Source of the DNA: an uncultured Acidobacteriota bacterium
GTDB lineage: Bacteria; Acidobacteriota; Vicinamibacteria; Vicinamibacterales; 2-12-FULL-66-21
Assembly (NCBI GenBank): GCA_963773005.1
Contig: CAVYZR010000008.1
Span: 545,469-609,468 of the forward strand
Length of the DNA: 64,000 nucleotides
Reading direction: 5' to 3'
The notes under the pieces are model-generated. The model saw only the letters and a program-made list of their open reading frames with translations. It was not told the origin of the DNA and searched no databases. Positions within the stretch are counted from its first letter, which is position 1; every line of letters begins with the position of its first letter. The position numbers were made by a program, and so were the translations under genes. Below, piece after piece: positions 27,703 to 35,617 of this stretch.

Positions 27703-27919
27703 AGCGGCGCCCTGCTCGCTGCTCACTACGCCTAGGGACACAACCGTCGTATTCTTGAGGCGAGGGTACATTTGTGTCGAAGGAGGCGGAGGTTAGATCA
27801 GGAGGCCAGGGGTCCGAGGGCCAAGGGTGCCAGGGAGTCCAAGAGGGCCAGGAGGGCGAACGACAGCAGCAGCAACAGCAGCAACAACAGTAATGACGGC
27901 GGAATGACGCCGGGTGGCC

Positions 27920-28085
27920 CTAGCAGCCCGTGGTGCAAGTCCAGCTGCATTCGACGGGCGATGCATCCCCGCTGGCGGCGTTGCTCCTCGTTCAAATATG
28001 CCGAATATTCTCCCTCGTCGCGCCTTGCCAGCGGGGCGCCTCGCCCGTCTCGGTGCGACGCTGGACTTGCACCACGGGCTGCTAG
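27920..28085. repeat. 166-nt nested long hairpin / MITE-like element
   Basis: Perfect 26-bp inverted repeat (27920-27945 with 28060-28085). Inner pairings GACGGGCGA/TCGCCCGTC, a perfect 10-bp CCCCGCTGGC/GCCAGCGGGG (27967-27976 with 28027-28036), and an apical AATAT/ATATT. The right arm covers the stop codon of gene 28082..28972. Confidence 0.8.
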
Positions 28086-28972
28086 CGGTTTCGCGTCTGC
28101 TCGGCGGCCGGGCCGACCGCCGCGGCGATGCGCCGCTCCAAATCACGCGGGTCCGACAGCCGGCCGATAATATCGCCCACCCAGACCTTGCGATCGATGG
28201 TCGCGTCGACCAGACGCGCGCTGACGCGCACCCCTTCGCCTTCCGTCGAGACGCTCGCCTCCAGAATCAACTCGGCGTTCAGGGTTTGCGCGATCTCCCT
28301 GAGCGGCCGCCGCGTGCCCACAAACTGCTGGGCGCTCGTGTAGGACACGACGCCGAGCGTGCGGACTCGCGCCAGCTCGCTCGTGACCCCGTCGGTCAGG
28401 CGCGCGGCCAGAAGCTCGTCGGCCGTCCCGCTCGAATACTCGGTGAATGGCAGCACCGCGATGGTGACGATAGGCGTGGCGCGGCCAACCGACGTCCAGA
28501 CGCCCGACTGCCAGATCGCCACCCCCACCGGCAGCGCGAGCAGGCCCGCGACGATGAGCGCAACGAGCCCAGGTCGCCAGTTGGGGCGCCCGGCGCGCTC
28601 CGAATTGATCGGAAGGTGCCCGGTCGCGGCGGCACCTGCCACGCGCCGTTCGAACGTGGGAGCATAGCTGCCGCGCGGGACGTGAATGACGATGGAGTCG
28701 TGCCGCCCGTCACCCGAATCGTACTCGTCGAGCTTCGCCCGCAGCCGTCGGGCTTCGACGCGGACGATCGAATCGAGCCGAGGGTCGTACTCCTCGGTGC
28801 GCCCGAAAACGGCGACGCCGACCACGTATTCCTTGACCTGATCGCCTTCTCCGGCGAGCGCGCGGTCAACCACATAGCGGAGAAAACCGCTCATGCGATC
28901 GGCGTTGGCGAAGACGCCGCTTGCAAGCACGCGGTCGAGCTGAAGGCGAATCTCGTCGGCTGACGGGTCCAC
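28082..28972 (-). CDS. single-pass membrane protein with TolB-N-like periplasmic domain (hypothetical)
   Basis: 296 aa. Cytoplasmic N-domain (FLRYVVDRALAGEGDQVKEYVVGVAVFGR...), one TM helix (GLVALIVAGLLALPVGVAIW), then IAVLPFTEYSSG...LNAELILEASV, similar to the extracytoplasmic module of kinase 32737..35610. Confidence 0.55.
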   Translation of the reverse strand: MDPSADEIRLQLDRVLASGVFANADRMSGFLRYVVDRALAGEGDQVKEYVVGVAVFGRTEEYDPRLDSIVRVEARRLRAKLDEYDSGDGRHDSIVIHVPRGSYAPTFERRVAGAAATGHLPINSERAGRPNWRPGLVALIVAGLLALPVGVAIWQSGVWTSVGRATPIVTIAVLPFTEYSSGTADELLAARLTDGVTSELARVRTLGVVSYTSAQQFVGTRRPLREIAQTLNAELILEASVSTEGEGVRVSARLVDATIDRKVWVGDIIGRLSDPRDLERRIAAAVGPAAEQTRNR

Positions 28973-29138
28973 GTCCGTGGTCTCTTTGGTCCAGTATGAA
29001 CCAGATTCCGGCCGCCGGGCGGCGCCCGGTGCAGGTTACTAACCGTTACACTCACTGCAACTCACTGACACGTGAGCCTTTTAGCAGCGACACTTCAGTG
29101 CGGGTCTTCGTCTGACCCTGCATAGGAGGTTTTGAACC

Positions 29139-29789
29139 ATGTCGACTTCACGCCAACACCTCACTCGCACGCTTCTCGCTCTCGGTATCCTCGTCGCCGT
29201 CGCTGGCGCCGCCGAGGCGGGGCCCCCTCTCATTTGTCACGCGTTCGACGCCGGCTCGGCGCCGCTCCTTCCCTGGGCTAAAGGACAAAGTTGGGATTCG
29301 CCGGACGCCTCGTACGACGCCACGCGCCTTACTGCCGACACGCTGCGCTTGCTGTCTGCTGACGCGCCCATCCTTGCCCGCATGGAGAACATGCGGCGCG
29401 CGACCATCTACGTAGCGCGGAACCGCGAGGCCGCGGGCGATCTGATGTCGGCGCTGTTGAAGCGGGCCCAGGCCGCCAGCGGATCGAACGATCCGCTGGC
29501 CTGGTTCGACGCCGGGTATCTGGTCGAGTCCTATCGCCAGGCGAGCCACATCTATAAATGGGACATGCTCTCGAAGGGCGACCGCGCCAAGTGGACCCTG
29601 CGGGACGAGCCGAACGGCGTCGATGGCTATGCGCTCGTTCAGAAGGCGATCACGATGACCGGGTCGAGCGCCGAAATGGAGTTTGCGGCGTCGTTGATGA
29701 AAGATGGACCGGCGGCCGCCGAGCATCGTCGTCGCGCGTTAGCCGGCGCCAAGGCTGGGTCGCTGCTGGCGAAGAACCTCGCGCACTAG
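29139..29789 (+). CDS. secreted hypothetical protein
   Basis: 216 aa with a strong SD AGGAGG 9 nt upstream and signal peptide LTRTLLALGILVAVAGAAEA. No recognised family. Confidence 0.55.
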   Translation: MSTSRQHLTRTLLALGILVAVAGAAEAGPPLICHAFDAGSAPLLPWAKGQSWDSPDASYDATRLTADTLRLLSADAPILARMENMRRATIYVARNREAAGDLMSALLKRAQAASGSNDPLAWFDAGYLVESYRQASHIYKWDMLSKGDRAKWTLRDEPNGVDGYALVQKAITMTGSSAEMEFAASLMKDGPAAAEHRRRALAGAKAGSLLAKNLAH

Positions 29790-30085
29790 TCTCATCCGGG
29801 GGACTTCGTCCCCCGGACCCCCTTACACGCTCGCTCGCGGGGACCCCGACGCCCCGCTCCGCTCGCGTGGCTCACTCGCTTCCGCTCGTTCGCGCTGTTT
29901 ATGAGACGGCTTCTAGTCTTTCCCGAGGGGCTTCGCCCCTCGGACTCCCCGACACGCGCTCTCGCGCGCCGCTGGCGACGGCGCGCTTCCGCCTTCGCTA
30001 AAGCTACGGCGAGACCTCGCCGAAGCGCCTCCGGCGCGAAGGCGGGCCGCTCGCGTGGCTCACTCGCTGCGCTCGTTCGCGCCAT
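29790..30085. repeat. two tandem copies of a structured GC-rich intergenic repeat
   Basis: Each copy has a GC hairpin (CCGGGGGACTTCGTCCCCCGG at 29797-29817; CCGAGGGGCTTCGCCCCTCGG at 29924-29944) and a shared ~35-bp tail CGCTCGCGTGGCTCACTCGCT..CGCTCGTTCGCGC (29861-29895; 30049-30083). Copy 2 carries an inserted AAAGCTACGGCG-type module. Confidence 0.7.
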
Positions 30086-30256
30086 TGAGATGGCGTTTCG
30101 TGTCGTCACCAGGAGATCCGGAGGAAGGTTTCTAAGACCACACGCCTCCTGATCTTCTGGTCTCCTGTGACTCGTGCCTTTACCACCTCGACACTATTCC
30201 ATCTCGGGTATGCTGAACACGCCGATCGGGGTGGCGTTGGCGGCGGTGATGGAACT

Positions 30257-31255
30257 ATGTCGAATCCTGAGACAGGAGGTTCGCGGCCAATCACGCGCGT
30301 GATGATCGTGGATGATGAGCCGGTCGTGGCCGAGGTCCTCCGACGGCTCCTGGTGAAGGAGGGGTACCACGCGGACGTCTTCCACGACGGTCAGGCGGCG
30401 CTCGATGCGCTGCCGGAGGTGCGCCCGCACCTGGTCCTTCTCGACGTGAACATGCCCGGCCTCAGCGGCATAGACGTCTGCCGCCGCCTGAAACAGGATC
30501 TTGCGCATCGGTTGACACCGGTCGTGATGGTGACGGGCCAGGCGCAACGGGACGCCAGGCTCGAAGGGCTCGAAGCCGGCGCCGACGACTTCCTCGCGAA
30601 GCCGGTCGACCCTCAGGAACTGATGATCCGGGTTCGCTCCCTCGTGCGCATCAAACGCTATACCGACGACCTCGATTCGGCGGCGTCGCTCATCGTCGCG
30701 ATGGCCCTGCTCGTCGAGGCGAGGGACGGCAACACCGAAGGCCACTGCCACCGGATGGCGAACTACGCCACCGCGCTCGGCAGGGCACTCAACCTGAGCG
30801 AGGAAGACCTGCACGCGCTCCGCCGCGGCGGCTTCCTCCACGACATCGGGATGCTAGCCATCCCCGATGAGGTGCTCAGGAAAACCGGACCGCTTGACGC
30901 CCCGCAATTCGAGTTGATGAAGTCCCACACGACCGTCGGCGATGCCCTCTGCGCCAACCTGCGATCGCTCGAGTCGGTCAGACCGATCGTGCGGCATCAC
31001 CATGAGCGGTACGATGGGTCCGGTTATCCTGACGGACTGCGCGGCGACGACATACCGCTCGTCGCGCAGATCGTCGGGCTCGTCGACGTCTACGACGCGG
31101 TGACGACTCGCCGTCCGTATCAAGGGCCGCACACTCCGCAGGAAGCGATCGCCATCCTGCGAGCGCAGGCCGAGCGCGGGTGGCGACGCCCAGACCTCGT
31201 CGAGGCTTTTGCGGGGCTCGTCGAGAGCGGGCGTCTCGACACGTTTCGGGGCTAG
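30257..31255 (+). CDS. response regulator receiver + HD-GYP phosphodiesterase
   Basis: ATG 30257 within track ORF 30167..31255. REC region (RVMIVDDEPVV...LVLLDVNMPGLSG...DDFLAKP) and HD-GYP region (HCHRMANY...GFLHDIGM...HHERYDGSGYPDGL). Confidence 0.8.
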   Translation: MSNPETGGSRPITRVMIVDDEPVVAEVLRRLLVKEGYHADVFHDGQAALDALPEVRPHLVLLDVNMPGLSGIDVCRRLKQDLAHRLTPVVMVTGQAQRDARLEGLEAGADDFLAKPVDPQELMIRVRSLVRIKRYTDDLDSAASLIVAMALLVEARDGNTEGHCHRMANYATALGRALNLSEEDLHALRRGGFLHDIGMLAIPDEVLRKTGPLDAPQFELMKSHTTVGDALCANLRSLESVRPIVRHHHERYDGSGYPDGLRGDDIPLVAQIVGLVDVYDAVTTRRPYQGPHTPQEAIAILRAQAERGWRRPDLVEAFAGLVESGRLDTFRG

Positions 31256-31346
31256 GCTGACCATATACGACGCCGTCAAATCTGCCAAAAAGCATTTCAC
31301 CGCGGACCGCGCCGAGGACGCAGAGCAATATGATCTTTCTCTGCGG

Positions 31347-31637
31347 ACTCAGCGGCCTTGTATGTTCAGTATGAATTGAATGATGGCTGTGGAAATGTGG
31401 GAATCTCGGTTTGTGAGATTTCCACATTTCCATAGCCTGGAAACTTCCGGGACGCCGGGAGAGGGCCTCGGTGACACTGGTCGGCGGATTGGCTGCTAGC
31501 CCGGCGCAGAGAGGAGTGCCCGGGGCCCGTTGTGTGACGTCGGACAGATCGGACGGTCTCGAATGCCGCTCCTGCGGAGCTGAGCATGAATGCACAAGGC
31601 TGATCAGCACACGACGTCGCGGAGCACGGAGGAATCG
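31347..31637 (+). ncRNA. candidate IS110 bridge/guide RNA region (5' non-coding arm)
   Basis: 23-bp stem (31385-31407 with 31415-31437) whose only non-Watson-Crick pairs are two G-U pairs valid on the + strand only. A further stem at 31444-31461. CGCAGAGAG (31505-31513) is the reverse complement of right-end CTCTCTGCG (32623-31). CTGCGGA (31572-78) is identical to the left junction (31341-47). Exact RNA ends unknown. Confidence 0.45.
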
Positions 31638-32609
31638 ATGGCATACGCGTATCTCGGGATTGACATCGCCAAGCGGAAGTACGATGTGGCGCTCCGGTTG
31701 CCAGACGCGCGCGTGCGGGTGAAAGCCTTTGCCAATGACGCCGCGGGCCACGCCGCGCTGCGGAGCTGGATCGCGCGCTACCACGCAGGCCCGGTGCACG
31801 CGTGTCTGGAGGCCACGGGTACCTATGGCGACGGAGTGGCAGAGACCCTCGCGGATGCAGGCCTCGTGGTCAGTGTGGTCAATCCCGCGATCATCGAGGC
31901 GTATGCGCGCAGTTGTCTGACCCGCACCAAAACCGACCCGACGGATGCCCGGCTGATTGCGCAGTTCTGTGCGACGCAGCAGCCGCGGCCATGGGTACCT
32001 CTGCCGCCAGAGGTGCGCGCACTGCAGGCCCTTGTGCGCCGGCTCGACGCGCTCGAGGGGATGCGCACGCAAGAGCGCAACCGGCTCGCCGCCGACCCGT
32101 CGGCCGAGGTGCGCGATTCTCTCACGCATGTGATTGCACTCCTCGAAGCGGAGATGGAGGCCGTTCGGCTGCGCATCCGCGCGCATGTCGATCAGCACCC
32201 GCACCTGCGCCAGCAACGCGACCTCCTGACGTCGATTCCGGGGATCGGCGACGCGACGGCCGCGGTGCTGCTCGCCGAATTCGGTTCGATGGGCCGCTTC
32301 CGCCAGGCCCGCGCGGCGGCGGCCTTTGCGGGCGTCGTGCCACGCGAGGGTCGCTCTGGAACCTCCCTGCGCCGTCGCCCGCGCCTCTCGAAGCTCGGCG
32401 CCCCGGCGATTCGCAAGGCTCTGTATTTTCCGGCGCTCACTGCCTTGCGCTGTAACCCGATCGCGCAGCGGCTGCAGGCGCGGCTACTCGCCGACGGCAA
32501 ACACCGGATGCTCATCGTGGGCGCGGTGATGCGCAAACTCGTCCACCTGGCCTTCGGGGTGCTCAAGACGGGCCAACCCTTTCGACCAGACTTCGCGCAG
32601 ACCCGTTGA
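31638..32609 (+). CDS. IS110-family (DEDD) transposase/recombinase
   Basis: ATG 31638 with GGAGG upstream. N-terminal DEDD-type region (YLGIDIAKRKYDVAL...ACLEATGTYG...KTDPTDA). C-terminal Transposase_20-like region (IPGIGDATAAVLLAEFG...FAGVVPREGRSGTS...KLGAPAIRKALY). Confidence 0.85.
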   Translation: MAYAYLGIDIAKRKYDVALRLPDARVRVKAFANDAAGHAALRSWIARYHAGPVHACLEATGTYGDGVAETLADAGLVVSVVNPAIIEAYARSCLTRTKTDPTDARLIAQFCATQQPRPWVPLPPEVRALQALVRRLDALEGMRTQERNRLAADPSAEVRDSLTHVIALLEAEMEAVRLRIRAHVDQHPHLRQQRDLLTSIPGIGDATAAVLLAEFGSMGRFRQARAAAAFAGVVPREGRSGTSLRRRPRLSKLGAPAIRKALYFPALTALRCNPIAQRLQARLLADGKHRMLIVGAVMRKLVHLAFGVLKTGQPFRPDFAQTR

Positions 32610-32677
32610 CTTGCAACACGGTCTCTCTGCGGTGAGAAGCTTTAGACAGTTCTTTTTGACTTATCCGCTTCCTCCAC

Positions 32678-32706
32678 TTGCCATCCCCAGAGCCCCCGCG
32701 TAGGAT
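32678..32706 (+). promoter_or_regulatory. candidate sigma70-like promoter of the Ser/Thr kinase gene
   Basis: TTGCCA (32678-83) - 17 nt - TAGGAT (32701-06), 31 nt upstream of GTG 32737. Pattern match only. Confidence 0.3.
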
Positions 32707-32736
32707 CGCGGCACACCCGTCACGCCCGGAGGCGCC

Positions 32737-35610
32737 GTGATCGGCAGCCAGATTTCACACTACCGCATTCTCTCGAAAATCGGCCAGGGGGGGATGGGCG
32801 AGGTGTATCTGGCGGAGGATCTTCGACTCGATCGCAAGGTCGCGCTCAAGTTCCTGCCTGAAGGCCAGGCTCCCGACGAGACGGCACGACGGCGTCTCCT
32901 GCGAGAAGCCAACGCTGCGGCGCGGCTCGATCATCCGTTCATCACGAAGGTCTACGAGGTCGGCGAGGGCGCGCCTGCGGCGGGAGATCCGGGAATCCCC
33001 TTTATCGCCATGGAGCTCGTCGAGGGTGAGACGCTCAAGGCCCGTCTCGCCCGCGGCCCGTTGCCGATGGCCGACGCCCTGCGCATTGCCTCGGAGATTG
33101 CCGAAGCGCTCGAATTCGCGCGCCAGCGCGGCATCGTTCATCGCGATCTGAAGCCGGCCAACGTGATGCTGACCTCCGACGGCCACGCCAAAGTCATGGA
33201 CTTCGGCATCGCCAAGCACGTGTCCATCCGCGGGGCGGACGGAGGCCGCGTCGACGGCCCGAGCATGACGTCCACCGGCGAGATCACGGGCACGCCGGCG
33301 TACATGGCACCCGAGCAGCTGAAAGGCCTGCCGGTCGATTCCCGCGCCGACATCTTCGCGCTTGGCGTGTGCCTGTACGAGATGGTGACCGGCACGCATC
33401 CGTTCATGAAGGACTCGGCATTTGCGACCGCCGATGTCATCTTGAACCAGCCGGCGCCGCCGCTCGATCGCTATCTCAAAGACCCGCCGCCGGGGCTCGA
33501 GCACGTTTTTCGCCGGGCGCTCGCCAAGGAACCCGATGAGCGCTATCAGTCGTTCAAGGATCTCCGAATCGATCTCGGAGCGGTCGAGTTGCCGCAGACG
33601 CGGACGGCCATCGCGCCACCCGTTCGCGCGCGCACGCGGCCGAAATGGCAGCTCGCGGCCGTGGTCGCGCTCGGCATTGTCGCCGCCAGCGGGCTGGCGT
33701 GGTGGCTGTGGCCGATGCAACTCAGCATCTCGCAGCGCGCGCTGGCCTTCAACCAGCGCGACTGGATCGTGATTACCGACTTCGAGAACCTCACGGGCGA
33801 CCCGGTCTTCGACCGGTCGCTGCGCGTGGCCCTCGACGTCGCGATTGCGCAATCTCAGTACGTCAACGTCTTTCCCTCGAGTCGGGTGCAGGAAACGCTC
33901 CGGCTCATGAAGAAAGACGCCGGAGCGCCGCTGAACGAGGCGCTCGCCTCAGAGATCGCGTTGCGCGAGCGGATTAAGGCGGTGCTCGCGTGCAGCATCA
34001 CCGCCGTCGGCGACTCGTACACGATCACCGCCAAGGTGATCGATCCGCAGACGCGGGCGGCCGTCCAGACCGACTCGGCGCAGGCACGCAGCAAGGACGG
34101 CGTGTTGCCCGCGCTCGACGAGCTCGCGACCCGCGTGCGGCGCAATCTCGGTGAATCACTGAATAGCGTCTCGGCTCAGAAGGTGGCGCTGCCACGGGCG
34201 ACGACCGCATCGCTCGAAGCGTTGCGGCTCTATGCCGAGAGCTCCCGCACTGAGGAGGACGACGTTCGCATGGAGCAGTTGCGGCAGGCGACGGTGGTCG
34301 ATCCCGAGTTCGCGATGGCCCACGCCGCGCTCGGTCATGCCTACTATCTCAGCCCCAACCGTCAGCATCGCCAGGAGGGCGAGGCGCGTTTCGTCAAAGC
34401 GCTCAGTCTTCTCGATCGGCTCAGCCATCGCGAGCGACTGTGGATTACGGCGCTCGCCGAAGATTCGCGCGGCAACCGCGAGTCGGCAATTTCGGCGTAT
34501 CGCACCTACCTGGCCGAGTACCCCGATGATCAGGCGGCCTGGTTCAGGTTGGGATGGACCAATCTGGCGGGTGTGCGCCAGTTCGAGCCAGCGGTGGAGG
34601 CCTTCAAGCGGGTCATCGCGCTCAACCCGTCGAACGCCAACGCGTATGTCAACCTGGCGACATCGTATTCGGCGCTGCGGAACGACCAGGAGGCCGTCAA
34701 GCAGTACCAGCACGCTTTCGATCTCAGCCCAGCGCTCAAGACCGACTCGATCGTCAATCACGAATACGGGTTCGTGCTCATCCGGCTTGGCGACCTTGAT
34801 CGGGCCACCGCCCATTTCGAGCAGATGCTCGCCGAAAAATCCAGCAACAGCCAGGCGCGAGGACACCGGTCTCTCGGATTGCTCGAATCCTATCGCGGTC
34901 GCTACAGCGCGGCCATCGATCACTTCAAGCAGGCGATCGTCATCAATCGCACGAACAAGGCCCAGGTGAGCGAGTTTCGGGACCGCCTGTTCCTCGCGCG
35001 CACCTACCGCGCGAAGGGAATGGCGCAAGCGGCCGCAGAGGAGCTCGACGCCGTGCACCGCCTCGCGAACACCTCCAGGCTGGCGCCGGAATGGCTCAGC
35101 CGCCTCGGGAAGGAAGAAGCGCGGTCGGGCCGGGCGGCACAAGCGCGAGCGACGCTCGGCCTGATGGCCAAAACGGCCGGCGACGCGACCGCCGCGTCGT
35201 CGGTCAACCGGAACACCGCAGCGGAACGCGCGCACTTCGAGATTGTGCAAGGCGAAGTCGAGCTCGCTGAAGGACGCGCGGCCAAGGGCGTCGAGTCCTT
35301 CGAGTCCGCGTATGTCATTGATCCCAACGCCGCCACGCTCGATTCGCTCGCCATGGGGCTTCTCCGCGCCAATCGTCCTGACGAAGCCGCGAAGCGGTTC
35401 GAGGCCATCCTCGAACGCAAGGACTACGGGAGCGAAAGCCAGGAACAGTCGTTCAACGCCCAGATCCGACTGGCCGAAATCTACGCGCGCCTCGGGCGTT
35501 CCGATCAGGCCCGAGAGCTGTCCGAGCGCCTCATCGCGCAGTGGAAGGGCGGCGACGAGGATCTCGTGCTCCTCAAGGACGCTCGCGCGCTGCTGGCCGG
35601 TCTGAAGTAG
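32737..35610 (+). CDS. Ser/Thr protein kinase with TM helix, TolB-N-like domain and TPR repeats
   Basis: GTG start with GGAGG upstream. Hanks kinase motifs GQGGMGEVY, VALK, HRDLKPANVM, DFG, APE. One TM helix (LAAVVALGIVAASGLAWWLW). Long C-terminal TPR-like region. Confidence 0.85.
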   Translation: MIGSQISHYRILSKIGQGGMGEVYLAEDLRLDRKVALKFLPEGQAPDETARRRLLREANAAARLDHPFITKVYEVGEGAPAAGDPGIPFIAMELVEGETLKARLARGPLPMADALRIASEIAEALEFARQRGIVHRDLKPANVMLTSDGHAKVMDFGIAKHVSIRGADGGRVDGPSMTSTGEITGTPAYMAPEQLKGLPVDSRADIFALGVCLYEMVTGTHPFMKDSAFATADVILNQPAPPLDRYLKDPPPGLEHVFRRALAKEPDERYQSFKDLRIDLGAVELPQTRTAIAPPVRARTRPKWQLAAVVALGIVAASGLAWWLWPMQLSISQRALAFNQRDWIVITDFENLTGDPVFDRSLRVALDVAIAQSQYVNVFPSSRVQETLRLMKKDAGAPLNEALASEIALRERIKAVLACSITAVGDSYTITAKVIDPQTRAAVQTDSAQARSKDGVLPALDELATRVRRNLGESLNSVSAQKVALPRATTASLEALRLYAESSRTEEDDVRMEQLRQATVVDPEFAMAHAALGHAYYLSPNRQHRQEGEARFVKALSLLDRLSHRERLWITALAEDSRGNRESAISAYRTYLAEYPDDQAAWFRLGWTNLAGVRQFEPAVEAFKRVIALNPSNANAYVNLATSYSALRNDQEAVKQYQHAFDLSPALKTDSIVNHEYGFVLIRLGDLDRATAHFEQMLAEKSSNSQARGHRSLGLLESYRGRYSAAIDHFKQAIVINRTNKAQVSEFRDRLFLARTYRAKGMAQAAAEELDAVHRLANTSRLAPEWLSRLGKEEARSGRAAQARATLGLMAKTAGDATAASSVNRNTAAERAHFEIVQGEVELAEGRAAKGVESFESAYVIDPNAATLDSLAMGLLRANRPDEAAKRFEAILERKDYGSESQEQSFNAQIRLAEIYARLGRSDQARELSERLIAQWKGGDEDLVLLKDARALLAGLK

Positions 35611-35617
35611 GCATCTT

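Larger units (their letters stand above)
31338..32632 (+). mobile_element. IS110-family insertion sequence (~1.29 kb) inserted in a REP-like hairpin
   Basis: Perfect 9-bp direct repeat TCTCTGCGG at 31338-31346 and 32624-32632 brackets a lower-GC ~290-bp non-coding arm, the transposase ORF and a ~23-bp tail. No terminal inverted repeats, as is typical of IS110. Confidence 0.75.

Noticed and set aside
27798-27995. 65-aa poly-Leu small ORF (TTG start) on the - strand
   Set aside because: It is created by the CTG/TTG trinucleotide tract and the hairpin arm. It has no SD and a TTG start, so it is most likely an artefact of the repeats.
27920-28085. Retron msr/msd-type ncRNA
   Set aside because: Long flanking inverted repeats are reminiscent of one, but there is no reverse transcriptase gene anywhere in the window.
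27914-28963. 349-aa + strand ORF
   Set aside because: It lies antisense to the membrane protein gene 28082-28972, which has a TM helix and a domain-like sequence. The + product is Arg-rich nonsense.
30978-32216. 412-aa - strand ORF spanning the HD-GYP gene end and the IS
   Set aside because: It crosses the IS boundary and lies antisense to two supported genes, so it cannot be an ancestral gene.
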